Notes under the pieces: generated by a model
Seen by the model: only the letters and a program-made list of their open reading frames with translations
Told to the model about the DNA's origin: nothing
The model's database searches: none
NCBI RefSeq assembly: GCF_006345805.1
Contig: NC_042997.1
Span: 50,654,001 to 50,718,000 of the forward strand
Source: Octopus sinensis
Lineage: Eukaryota
Length of the DNA: 64,000 nucleotides
Reading direction: 5' to 3'
Part shown: positions 13,770-26,358 of the stretch, one piece after another
Layout of the letters: every line of letters begins with the position of its first letter
How positions within the stretch are numbered: the first letter of the stretch is position 1
Position numbers and translations under genes: made by a program

Positions 13770-14272
13770 AATTTACTTTTGCTCGACTCCACCTTGAATA
13801 CTGTTGTCCACTGTGGTTTCCCCATACGAAGCAACTCATCATGAAAGTGGAAGCACACCAGAGGTCAATAGCAAGAAAGATAGATGGCATGACAAGCATT
13901 GACTATTGGGTTCGACTAAAAAAACTCAATCTCTACTCACTCCAACGCTGCCGGGACAAAAATCGGACTCTGGACACAGAACATTACGTCACAACTACTT
14001 TACCTCAACCGGACTAGCTTTCTGTAATACCATACCAAAATACGTCAAAACGGAAACGGATCCCATAGCATTCAAAAGTTCACTGGGCAAATTTCTTCAA
14101 AAAATCCCAGAGCAATGTCCTGCACCCGGATATGTCTCCAACAATAACAACTCTTTGCTAGAGTAGGCCAAAGTGCCCCATATATGACTAAAAGACTTCA
14201 CTAGGTGGTGCTATTATGTTAGACATGGCCTGGGCCTATACTGGCCGAAATCTATCCAAGTTATCAAAGTTA
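13770..14272 (+). mobile_element. CR1-group LINE 3' fragment, internally deleted
   Basis: LEYCCPLWFP, RLKKLNLYSLQR and FKSSLGKFLQKIPEQ motifs; short tandem tail. Confidence 0.75.
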
Positions 14273-14603
14273 TATATGTGTATTGTGTGTGAAAACAGAT
14301 TCATACATACACACGAACTTATGTGTACATATATATGTGTGTGTATGTTTGTGTGTGTGTGTGTGTGTGTGCACATGCTCTCGTTAAATAATTTTTTGTG
14401 AGTATATAAATTCACATATCCACATATGCCTTATTATGCGTTCACACCGAAGCATACATTCATGAGAAGACATGCGCATGTTTGTGCATAATATATATAT
14501 ATATATATATATAATGCATTTATAGAGGTATGGACGTTCGCGTATACGTGTGTGTCCTATATGCACTTTTAGAAACGTATGAACATTGGTGCATGTATGT
14601 GTG

Positions 14604-14958
14604 TTTCCGTTTTGACGTATTTTGGTATGGTATTACAGAAAGCTAGAGCGGTTGAGGTAAAGTAGTTGTGACGTAATGTTCTGTGTCCAGAGTCCGATTT
14701 TTGTCCCGGCAGCGTTGGAGTGAGTAGAGATTGAGTTTTTTTAGTCGAACCCAATAGTCAATGCTTGTCATGCCATCTATATTTCTTGCTATTGACCTCT
14801 GGTGTGCTTCCACTTTCATAATGAGTTGCTTCGTATGGGGAAACCACAGTGGACAACAGTATTCAAGGTGGAGTCGAGCAAAAGTAAATTAGAGAAGGAT
14901 GGCGGTGTGGGTATCTCTAGATATATATGTACATGCATATATACATTTGATTATTATT
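14604..14958 (-). repeat. Inverted duplicate of 13701-14057
   Basis: Near-identical reverse complement, including unique flank; ORFs at 13906 (+) and 14754 (-) start with the same peptide. Confidence 0.9.
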
Positions 14959-15577
14959 AAACGAGTGAATCTAGTATATGTGCTTATATAAATGTGTATA
15001 CATGAAATCTGTCCAATTATTAATTTAATGTCCTCTCAGCGTCATTTCTATTTCAGTGTTGCTATGTATTATTCATTTTGGCGTCAATGTTTCATTCTTT
15101 TTGTCGCCTGATTCTGATGGTTTGATATTTTGTTGGTCTTAGCATTGTTATACATTCATAGTTTCTTTTCCCACTTTTGTTGTGTATTCGTTTGTCTGTA
15201 TTGTTTGTATTTCCGACTATATTTTAAAATAGATTTCTTCTGATGTCTGCAACCTGACATCATCTCTTTTTTCCTTTCTCGAGCAAGCATGTAACTATGT
15301 TGTATCTTTCTGTGTTGCGTATGACACATCCTGAAACCATTTTATTTGAGGGGCTTAAAATTGAACTGCTCTTTTATTGTCGATTTCATGTTTATGCTTA
15401 TGCTGTTCACCTTAAATACCCAACTTGTTTTTATAGAGATGTTTAAATAAATAACCCTGGAGAATGCACTGACTGAGTCCTACCTCACCCTTTCCACCAA
15501 AATTAAATCATGTGAATATATACCTACATACATGCACATATAAATGCATGCATAAACACACACATTCATATACATAT

Positions 15578-15612
<35 letters not shown>

Positions 15613-15991
15613 ATATATATATATATATATAATATATATATATATATATAAATACATATATATTTCTGTGTGTGTGTGCACGCGCGCGTAAATGTATGAT
15701 TATAAGTAGGGACATGCATATATATATATTTATATCATGTCCCTACTACTAATCGTACATTTACACACACACACACAAAGACACATATATAGATATATAT
15801 TATATCTAGAATGCAACCTCGCGATGTACTCCAAGTTTTCTACCAGTCGCTTTGGCAAAAGTATAAGAAATGAAAACTGCGACAGATTAAAGCGGAAGTT
15901 GAGAGCGAAAGAGAAACTCTATAAGTCTGAAGTACACTTTTATCTTGCTTGTTGAACAAAAGACATCGACATACATAGATACAAACATGTA

Positions 15992-16047
<56 letters not shown>

Positions 16048-16076
16048 CAAAATAAAAACATGATGCCAAGGATTCA

Positions 16077-16152
16077 GCGGTACATATGTTTCGGGCCTTT
16101 ATTAGACGGATTTATAACAATGCAATGTGTGTCTATGGCCTTCTTCAGCCGC
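16077..16152 (-). ncRNA. Minimal type-I hammerhead ribozyme (Penelope type)
   Basis: Minus strand: GCGG-CUGAAGA-stem II (GGCC/GGCC, UAGAC/GUCUA)-GAAA-C(AUAU)G-UA-CCGC. Confidence 0.8.
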
Positions 16153-16314
16153 GCACAATTACTACCTCAACGACATGTATTACATCAAAAGTTCTATTTT
16201 GGGGATGCAAATCCTCTCATTCGCGTACGACATAATGCGGCAACAGCACAAAAATGAAGCGTCCATCTCGTCCTCTCAATGTACAATTTACAATTATCAA
16301 GTACTCACCCTAAA

Positions 16315-16358
<44 letters not shown>

Positions 16359-16379
16359 GCAGATATGTATAGACTCTTT

Positions 16380-18350
16380 GACAAGAAGATGAATTAATGT
16401 ATCCCATGTGATGAGTCAAGAAATAGTTTATATAAAAACATTCAGATCAGGTAATAATTGTTTTACAATGATAAGAATATAAAAGTTAATTTTCATGCAT
16501 ATGTCCTGATCAAGTAATAGAGTCTTTGACAAGAAAATAAAATATATAACAAGACCATTTAAAGGTCTCCGATCTGGCTTCTAAAGGTCTCAAATACATA
16601 AGTATTATAAGAGACAACCTGGATCTCCTAAACCACCTCCCTAAACGCGCCAACAGGATCAGAGTGAATACAAATGCTTAAGATAAAATAAACGAAGGGA
16701 ATATGGAAGAGGAAAGAGCGGGGCCTCAACGTGGGGCCAGAATGCTCAATATGCTAAAATCATACCATCTTGCAGTGTGGAGCTTGAAGTCTAAATGCAA
16801 AAGAGTGAACTAGCAGTGATCTAGGGAAATATTTATGGGTTATCACTTTATAAAGGGGAACCAGGGTGTGTAAATAGTAAAGACAGGAATTACTAATAAG
16901 TCTAGAAAAAGAATAGTACTTATGATTTCATAAATAGGTCTAATTAATATTTATCCAAAAGCAAAAAACCGTAGAGTTATTATAATGGTGTACTTACTGA
17001 AATATTGTTGTCCGTATTGGAATTGACCAAAGTCCATCCATCTCTACAATTGGTCAGTTATATTTAAACCAAAAGCAAAGTTAAGAAGAAAACTAACCAG
17101 TAAGTAAAGGGTGTGGAGAAGACTGTGACATAAGTGGCACGAGGCCACTTATGCCCTTCTACAACATCTCAACATAACATAAATAAAAATAAAAATAAAA
17201 CGATAAATACAATCAGCCGAAACGGCTGCAATGCTTTTACAGTTAAGGGGAGACAACTTATAGGAGAGGTGCATACTAGTGGAAGTTACCTACGGAATAC
17301 GGTGCTGAATCTGACATCCTAAAAAGCCACCAAAATTCCAAGTGTAGGTAATACTAGACGAACAAGTAAATGTCTACACGTTCCTAAGTATATTCTGCCT
17401 CATAGGCATGCAAGAGGGCAAAAATACAAAACCCCAAACGTTTAAATGATTTAAAAATTAAATCATTTGCTAATAACTACCATGGTTACAAACTGCAGGT
17501 CTCACCACAGTTTATTAAATATTACTTAATATGTATTATATTATACTAAAAATTACATTGTTCATATCAATAAATTTATCAATTATATTAACCCTTGCGT
17601 GGGTGTAGCCATACTGGGTCTACCATAAAATTACACTTTCATTCATATAGCATAAGCCCAAGTCTACTAATATGTCGTGGGAAGTCATCTACTGCAGTGC
17701 CCAAATACACACTTATATACAATCTGGAGTGGGGGAAGGTAACATTAAGTTCTGAAATTTAAGTTAAATACTACAGTGCAGTAGTGTTGTTTCTAAGTCG
17801 GTAGGACTAATAGGGCCTACTTTAAGTGGAGGTAGACCAGTATGTTGGTTGAAAAATTAAGTCCAGATTGCAACGAATGCCAACAAGCTCATCCATTGTA
17901 TAAAAGGTACAGAAAAAATATGATTAGTTACCAGTGAGTTTTAATATTGGGGTTAAATAAACATGCCCTCTGTGTTCTCAATTAGGTCCATGATTGAAAA
18001 ATGTGGCACTTGCTAAAGGGGATGAGTGGGTTATATTAAGGAGAAATGGCTTAATAAGTATAAGATGTAGGTAGTTGTTATGGGTGGGAAGTAGTACTTA
18101 AACTCGGATATTTTGGTGAAGAGATAGGGGTATTATTACAGGAACGCCCGCAAGAGTCCGGTATGTACAACTAACAAACTAGCTTTAATTAAAGAATTTA
18201 CAAATGGCCTTCAATTAATATCAAGGCCTACTATTTCTGTGGTGAGGGGCTCTTGGTACTATTTTGGGATGGCACAAGGGTTTCTAATGATATTTGTTTA
18301 GTGAAGGTAAGCCTCCCCTTGTGCAGGCAAGGTAAGTTTCTCTCTTCCTT
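16380..18350 (-). mobile_element. Probable highly degenerate Penelope-like retroelement body
   Basis: Weak minus-strand RT-like remnants (RWMD, ILFLDLLV) upstream of the hammerhead at 16077-16152; no open frame. Confidence 0.35.
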
Positions 18351-18356
18351 CAAGTT

Positions 18357-18950
18357 CAGTAGTTAGTTAGTTAGTTAGTTAATTTGGCTCAAAAGCAAAT
18401 AGCAAGGCCATGTAGGGGGACATGGAGGTAAGTACAGGGTGGTGTTCATGTAAATAGTTCAGGCCACTTGAGGTCAAGGGAGGCTTTGAACAAAGCGGTC
18501 GTCGGCATCTTCACCATCTCGTCTATCAGCTTGTTCCACGGATCCGCAACCCGGACGGAGAAAGCTCCTCTCCTTCGATTGAGATGAAATCGTCGCAGGT
18601 AGAGCTTTTCGGAATGACCCCGCAGCCGACGCTCTGGAGCAGGAGTGAAGAACAGCTCTTTCGAGAGGTTACACTTTCCGCTTATGATGCTGTGGGCGAG
18701 AATGAGATCACCACGGCGGCGGCGTTTTTCAAGAGAATAAAGGTCGAGCGTCCTCAGCCTTTCTTCATAGGACAAATTTTTGAGACCATGAACCATGCGG
18801 GTAGCCAGCTTCTGGACTCTTTCGAGATGCTGTATGTCTTTGAGGAGATAAGGAGAAGAGGCTTGAATCCCGTACTCCAATATGGGTCTCACCAGCGTGA
18901 CATAGAGTGGTAGGAATATGGCTGCTGTGAGCATTCCGAATGACCGTCGG
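18357..18950 (-). mobile_element. CR1/L2-group LINE 3' fragment with (TAAC)n tail
   Basis: ORF 18446-18934 LVRPILEYG...LERVQKLATRMV...SLEKRRRRGDLI...FSVRVADPWNKL; AGTT repeats 18357-18380. Confidence 0.9.
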
Positions 18951-19010
18951 TGCCGCTAGTATGAGAAAAACTTAAATTGGTGTAAAGATAACATTTCCTG
19001 TTTTTTAGAT

Positions 19011-19061
<51 letters not shown>

Positions 19062-19082
19062 ATATTGTTTTTTAGATTGCCC

Positions 19083-19163
<81 letters not shown>

Positions 19164-19165
<2 letters not shown>

Positions 19166-19351
19166 GCAATCTAAAAAACAGGAAATGTTATCTTTACACC
19201 AATGGAAGTTTTTCTCATACTAGCGGCACCGACGGTCATTCGGAATGCTCACAGCAGCCATATTCCTACCACTCTATGTCACGCTGGTGAGACCCATATT
19301 GGAGTACGGGATTCAAGCCTCTTCTCCTTATCTCCTCAAAGACATACAGCA
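19164..19351 (+). repeat. Inverted duplicate of 18828-19014 across a (TA)n spacer
   Basis: Near-perfect reverse complement spanning the LINE 5' junction. Confidence 0.9.
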
Positions 19352-19367
19352 TATATATATATATACA

Positions 19368-19645
19368 GTGAAGGCACCTGGCTTAGTGGTTAGGGTGTTC
19401 GGCTTGGGATCGTAGGGTTGCGAGTTCGATTCCCGGCGGCGCGTTATGTCTTTGATCAAGACATTTTATTTCACGTTGGTCCAGTCCACTCAGCTGGCAA
19501 AAATGAGTTGTACATGTATTTCAAGGGGCCAGCCTTGTCGCTCTCTGTGTTACGCTGAATCTCTCTGAAAAGTATGTGAAGGAGTACGCGTGTCTGTGGA
19601 GTGCTAGGTCACTTGCACGTTAATCTCAACTGGAACCCTCGTGTG
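19368..19645 (+). mobile_element. SINE family C
   Basis: Box A-like TGGCTTAGTGG and box B-like GAGTTCGATTCCC. Confidence 0.8.
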
Positions 19646-19649
19646 CCAG

Positions 19650-19696
<47 letters not shown>

Positions 19697-21294
19697 TGTG
19701 CATAGAAGAGAGAAAAGCGGTAAAAGAAGTTATTACATCCAAGATGTCCTAAATGACGTATTTAATCAATACAATTAAAATTGCCTCTCGAAACTTGATA
19801 ACAGACAATTTGCGAATTAGTTTTGCTAAAAACCTAATGCTGTCCCGTGATTATAGTTATAACTAATCCATAGATTTTATCTCGTCAGTTGTTAATATAT
19901 TCCTTCCTTCGTTTTTTCTCTAAACGAATGGCGTTTATTTGTCATCAAAAACGTTTTGATTGAGTACATGTCTCACAGACTGAGAAATGCTTTTAAGCGC
20001 AAGAATAGAGTAACCTAACAGCTGTTGTGTAGGATAGAGTGGAAACAGCTGATATCCGAAATAAATAACAGTAAAGATGAAATAGATATTCAAATAAAAA
20101 TCTATACTGGAAAGTCAATGGGAAGAAAGCTGACACAGAATATACTGAAAAGTTAAAGCCACCTACGCAACATGTGACTTGCACGGTTTGTCTATATAAA
20201 AAAAAAACGGACAAATGGACGACATATTTTAATACTTCTCAGAAGTTGCAGGTGATTAGGTCACCTGAACTTGTGATTTTACTTTTGAGTATGGTAGGGA
20301 GAGACCTTGGAAACAACTGGCGAGCTTTATCAATCTCTATCCCAATTTTGCTCCTTGCAAATAAACTTGATGCTTTGTATTAAGTATGACAAATTGTATT
20401 TATGTGACTTTCGTCTTCTACTTCGTTCATATGTTCCCAATAAGCATGTTCTTCAAAATGGTCGGGAATCTGCTTGGATAATTGTTCGATATAGACTGCA
20501 TGAAAATGGGAGTCTTCAAGGATGACATAATCATTGCTTTATTCATAGCGTATGTAACTTAAATCTTCTGAGGTGAGCTGGATGATGGATACAATGAGAG
20601 CTTTTGACTCGTTCATAAAATATTCAAATAACTAAGGTAAGTTAGTTACTAGAAACAGCAAAACGCTAGATTAAATACTTAACTTTATATACTTTCGGTT
20701 TTTTACTTCAAAGACCTCACAGATCAACGTTGGTTTTCATATAACTTGATATATTGGGATAAATTTGTCCAAGATGCACTACTTGAAAATGGAATCTTCA
20801 GGGATACATTTATAACACAACAGGTTGTGGAAGTCATTACATTCTGGTGGATCATTTAGGATTTTTTTCTTACACAAAGTAAGCAAGACAAAAGAAAAGA
20901 AGATAATTCGATAGTCAAGATAAAACAAAATAACAAGTTAAATGAACACAGATTGCTTAGTGCGAGATGCCAGAACAAATTTTTAGACGAGGGAGATATA
21001 TCCGGTTGAATCTATCGCACCTTAAAATTGACTATTGTTTAATATATCTAAAGGCATCAGACAAAATGTTTTATAATATTTGTTCCCTCTGTGTACACTC
21101 AGAGGTCAAATTTCACCGAGGTCAAAGTTGCTTTTCATCCTTCCGGAATCGATGAAATTTACCTCCAGGGACTAAAATCGATTTCATCGATTAGCTCCCT
21201 CCGCTACATCTCAGGCCTCATTGAGGAGCAGTGAATTGGCAAGGAGTGGTGGATTCGTAGAAGCGTTAGAAGTCAACAAGAATGTATTATGTCA

Positions 21295-22470
21295 TTATTC
21301 AGTTTTATTTCAAGATTTCTTACCAATAGAGAAAGAACCGGTTTCTAACCTAGATCCAAGGCTCCTTCATTGGAATTTCAACATAACAACGGGGTATTTT
21401 TGTATGTATGTATGTATGTATGTATGTACATATGTCAGGTCACTTTCGGGTGATACTGGTAACATGTAACCCAGTACAACCTGTTGCATGGACGGGTCGT
21501 CGGCGACTAAACCGGCAACCCCACCAAGCTTGCTTGGTGAGGAGGGTGCTTATTGGACACCCTATGGGATGAAAAACAAAACCCGTCAAAGGGCAGAGGA
21601 ACTCTTGAGAGTCAACGGCCATCCAATAAATGTCTTAAGGCTGTACCATGCGCGGGGACATAGAAATAATCGGACTGAATACCCGATCGCGCAGTTAAAT
21701 AAACCATTGGGAGTGAAGGACTCCTAGTCTTTGTTAGGGCATTCTTCTATGAGAAGGTAACTCAGGTAACTGGGATAACTCCGACATAAAACCTGCGGCT
21801 CAGTGGTTACCGATGATGTTGACTTGTTCTTCTTTTCGGATTATGGCTGCTGTTGCTTAGTGAGTGGGATTGACTCAGTGCACAGCCTTTCCTCACTTAA
21901 AAAAAAAATTGTTGCACAGGCATTGCACGATAACAACATTGGTTAAGCTTCGCGCAATGGCCATACTCGATAACGAGGGGGCAGCCACCATGTATGTATG
22001 TATGTACGTATGTATGTATGTATGTATGTATGTATGCATGTATATGTGCAGATTTGTATGTTTTGTTTTGTGTCTTCTCATGCGTGGAGTTACATAACTA
22101 GACATACTCATATATATTTAAATGATAAACTTCTGGAAAGTTTTACAGATTTTTACAGTTCCAGTGATGGATTGGATCTGTAGTCTTCGAATTAGCTTTA
22201 TCCTTTCTGGTTTTGAGAAGCCCAATTTCTCAAGGTTGTTATTTAGGCAGTGTATTACATATCCCAGGGCTCCAATAATTACAGGTACAAACCTGAACTT
22301 GTAATCTGGATAGAGTAACTGCAGATTTCTCAATAGTTCAGCGTAGGTATTCTCATTTTCACTGATCTTCAGCTTTATGTTAACATCTGCTGGGCAGCTA
22401 ATTTCCACAGCCCTACACGGTTTCTCTTCTCTGTCTCAAATCATTATATCAGGTCTGTTGTGCTTACATT
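21295..22470 (-). mobile_element. R4/Dong-type LINE 3' fragment: restriction-like endonuclease end plus 3' UTR, interrupted by an insert
   Basis: KHNRPDIMI...VEISCPAD...VPVIIGALG (ORF 22118-22408 and upstream); 3' UTR homologous to 59820-60080. Confidence 0.8.
21433..21990 (+). mobile_element. ~560-bp non-coding insert within (TATG)n
   Basis: Absent from the paralogous UTR at 59820-60080; TATG repeats on both sides; hairpin-rich 5' end; strand is inferred. Confidence 0.7.
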
Positions 22471-23682
22471 TTATTGAGGTCTTTTGCCCAATCTGTTGCC
22501 ACCCGGGATAAAACCTGAGTGGATAGAGGAGACTATCCGCCAGGGTCTGGGTGGTAGCGGAGCCAAGCTCCTTAATGTGAAAGATTTTCCTGCGGTTGAT
22601 TGGGTTGGGTCAAAAGCTGTTTTGACCCTTTGAACCCAATCAGCCAATCTGGTTTGTCCAAATTTTTTGAAAATGGTCGGGTGCAAGTACCCGGTGATTC
22701 TTGAGGGTACCTCCAGGTGTCATCGCTGCCTGGAGCCTGGCCATATAAAGAAAAACTGTCCCCAGGAATAAAGTAAGGTCCTGGAGCAGTTGGTTGAGAC
22801 CTCTGTAGAAGAGGGAACGAAGGCGGCTGAGGAAGCGGAGGACTCCTGAGAGAAGGGCTAAGAGGAAGAAGGGGAGCAACAATGGGTGCTCACCGAAGGA
22901 TCCTAGGGATAAGGGAGGGGAGGCGAATCTCCTGGTGAGAAGAATAGAAAGAGGAAGAGGAAGAGAAACAGGACATTGCCGTCAGTCGGTGACATAGTAC
23001 CGGAATGTCCCGGAACCTCGTCAGTAGGGGTTGTGTCACTGGCAAGGGAAGAGATACTGTCGGTGGGAATTGTACCGCCGACAGTAGAAGTGACTACCTC
23101 GTCCCCGGAGGAAGACGAATTATTGGTCTTCTACAGGGGCGGAGAGGTGGAGAAGGTGTTGGAAAAGCACCATAAGGGAGTACCTTTAACCTGCACTGGG
23201 GATCCCGAATGGCCTCCACAGATAGCTGTGGAGATCATAATGTTTCCCGTGTTGCGTACGCTGCAGGTACTCAACGAGGAATATCGCTTGTGCCAGGGCG
23301 ACGCCGACATAGCACCCGCCTTGTGCTTCAATGAGGCGTGGGTGATGGCGGAGGATGATGTCACAAGCGATGTTGGGGAGGAATATGGATAAGAGGTTGA
23401 AAAGCCTCAGTGTTATTGAAAGTTCCTAGTTTGGAAAAAAAAAGGGTAAGAGGCTTATTGCCTCATTTTGTTATTGAATTGTAAACAATGTAAGAGGTTT
23501 GTTGCCTCATTATTAATATAAGAGATCAATGTTTTCGGGGGGAAAATAGGATCGGCGGACGTCCCTTTTCCCCCCATCTATCATCATTTTCATTTTTCAT
23601 TTCATATAACATTATGTCTGTGTCGAAACCGCAGCTTCCTATCTCTATGTAAGGCCTTTATGGCCAATATAATGAAATAAAG
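22471..23682 (+). mobile_element. 5'-truncated, degenerate ORF1-only Tx1-related element
   Basis: One frame with stops: LPPGIKPEWIEE...DWVGSKAVL...VILEGTSRCHRCLEPGHIKKNC (CCHC)...RKRKRKR, in frame with ORF 22976-23392; ends GGCCTTTATGGCC-AATATAATGAAATAAAG; no EN/RT. Confidence 0.7.
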
Positions 23683-24075
23683 ATTGCTTCCCAAACAAAT
23701 GGTTCCGAGTCCAGTCCCACTGCATGACAACTTAGGCAAGTTTCTTTTATTATAGCCTCGAGCTAACTAAAGTCTTGTGAATGGATTTGTTAGACGGAAA
23801 CTAAAAGAAGCCCGCTGTATACATATATATGTGCGTGTGTGTGTATGTGTGTGTGTGTGTTTGTGCCTGTTTTCCCCCCACCGCTTGACAGCTGGCGTTG
23901 GTGTGTTTATATCATCGTAACTTGGGGGTTTGGTGTAAAGAGACCGGTAGAATAAGTACCAAACTTGAAAAAATAAGTATTGGGGTCGTTTCGTTCGACT
24001 AAAGTTTCTTCAAGGCGGTGCCCCAGAACGGCCGTAGTCTAATGACTGAAACAAATATAAGATAAACGATAAAAG
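23683..24075 (+). mobile_element. SINE family A, head truncated
   Basis: Homologous to 100-490. Confidence 0.8.
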
Positions 24076-25000
24076 AAGCTTCAATAACTTCACGTTTATA
24101 GCAATTTTGCCCGAGACTTCTTTGACACAATGTGTTACATATTCTAATAAATAGATTCTTATCGTTAATAAGAAACTGTTTATCTTCATTGAAAGCAGTA
24201 CTTAATTTAAATATTTACTTTTAAGCGTAAAATATTGTCTTTTACTTTTCTCTCAATCAATATTGTCTTAATATTCGCTTCGGAAATTGCTAACATTTTC
24301 TTTGTATTTTATCTCTCTTGTTCTGTCGTATTTCAATTGTTTGCAAGGAATCTTTAAGATCGCAATACAAGAATAGAATCACCAACGAAGGAATACTACT
24401 CCAGCGAAGAGAAGATTTTCAAACATTAGAAACACCAACCCCATTTCCCATCCAGAAACGTATTGCGCATGTCAGTTAAACAACATGCAAACAAAAAGCA
24501 ATTGATTTACTTACGATCACCAAATAGAGGAAGAGAAAGAATGAAAGTCTGATACAAAGTCTGGCGAAGCACATTCAATGCTGATTTCTTCTCTCAGGCG
24601 GGAGCAGTTACTGCTAACTGATGCTTGTGGAGGAGACTGATTAGTTGGTGTCCTAAGTAGTTAGGCTCCTCCCAAAAGGGCTGTTGTGCCTTCGGCCTAA
24701 AGTAAGGTCGTAATATTGAAGAAACTGCAAAAATGAAGACGTGAGATAAAATCAGAAGCCCTTTATTTGCAAATATAATTTACCATTCGAAACTTTGTAG
24801 TCAAATCTTCACCCGGGCTTATGCAGTATTAGTTTTGTTGATTTGTAGGGTTAGTAAAGTCAAAAACTTCACTCGATCACGTCGAGTCAAAACTTCCCTG
24901 GATGAAAATTTACGTTATACGGACATTTTGCATTTTTTTCTTTTTACAACGATGGACTTTATCTTCGTGGAAAATGGACTCAGTATGAAGATATTGATCA

Positions 25001-25390
25001 AGGCGGCGAGCTAGCAGAAACGTTAGCACGCCGGGCGAAATGCGTAACCGTATTTCGTCTGCCGTTACGTTCTGAGTTCAAATTCTGCCGAGGTCGACTT
25101 TGCCTTTCATCCTTTCGGGATCGATAAATTAAGTACCAGTTACGCACTGGGGTTGATATAATCGACTTAATCCGTTTGTTTGTCCTTGTTTGTCCTCTCT
25201 GTGTTTAGCCCCTTGTGGGTTGTAAAGAAATAGGTATTTCGTCCTCCTTTACGTTCTAAGTGCAAATTCCGCCGAGGACGACTCTGCCTTTCATCCTCTT
25301 AAGTTTGATAAGATTAGTACCAGTTGAGCCCTGGGGTCGATGTAATCGATCCCGAACTTGTTGGTCTTTTGTCAAAATTTGAAACCAATA
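25001..25390 (+). mobile_element. SINE family B, dimeric
   Basis: GGCGGCGAGCTAGCAGAAACGTTAGC head; central domain present twice. Confidence 0.85.
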
Positions 25391-26119
25391 TGAAGACACT
25401 GATTATCAATTCATGTTCCACCAGTTTTGTTTGGAGAGAATGGATTTGATCAATATCATAAATATTACTCAGAGATGTCTTATCCGTAGCCAACATGCAG
25501 AGTGCTAAACTGCCGAAGCATATGTGAAAGTTAAAGAAATTCTAAAATGTTAATTATTCACACCGTTTGTTATCCAATTTCTGAACTGGCTAAATATATT
25601 TCTCCCACCAATGTCCAACTTATTTGCACTCAATAATTCTACTTCAATTGTTATTTATATATTAGTTTGCATTTTGCGAATTAATGATATTATAAGGTAG
25701 TCCGAATTTATGCATCGGGCTGATGAACCAAAGTAGGATACATACGCTCACGAATTTATCCTGATTCCCAATAAGTGCCATTTGTGTAAATAGACCGTCA
25801 GAGAGATGAGTCTGTCAGCCGGTAAGTTATGCGGTTACACGCATAGAAATTTGCATATATTTGTATATATATATATATGAACAAGCCCGAAAAACACCAG
25901 CCAATCGATAAACACGTAAAAGCCTACCGAGGAAAAAACGCAAGAACTAGACCACAAAGAATAAAGGATACGAATACATCACCGGTGCATGGTTGTAACA
26001 GTTCTCGCCTGAAAATTGACACTGACGGAAATCTCGAGTTGCAAAACAAAAACTGTCAGATTCAGTTTCAATATTTTCCTCTCGCAAAACAAATATCCTC
26101 TGCAACATGTTTTGAGCAG

Positions 26120-26164
<45 letters not shown>

Positions 26165-26165
<1 letters not shown>

Positions 26166-26358
26166 TAGGTGCTGAAATGTATGGGTTAAGGAAAATACAT
26201 GAGTACCAGTTAATTATGGTTTTATTCAACATATTCCCCTCTCAGATTCACACACTTGTTGCAGCGATCCTTCAGTTTTCTAAGCCCTGTAAAAGAACTC
26301 GGAAAGTCAGGCCTTTCGCGATAATCTTAAAGTCGGAAACTTTTCAGATCCCCCTCGT
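26165..26358. mobile_element. Short mariner-derived remnant/MITE
   Basis: Ends GGTGCTGAAA and TTTTCAGATCCCCCTCGTA resemble mariner termini. Confidence 0.45.

Noticed and set aside
19368-19440. tRNA gene
   Set aside because: It is the tRNA-derived head of a SINE and continues into the SINE body
20350-20885. Possible host exons with GT donor sites and a weak internal repeat
   Set aside because: No consistent open frame or recognisable protein
25720-25760. CTGATGA motif as a hammerhead or C/D box
   Set aside because: No GAAA partner or supporting helices
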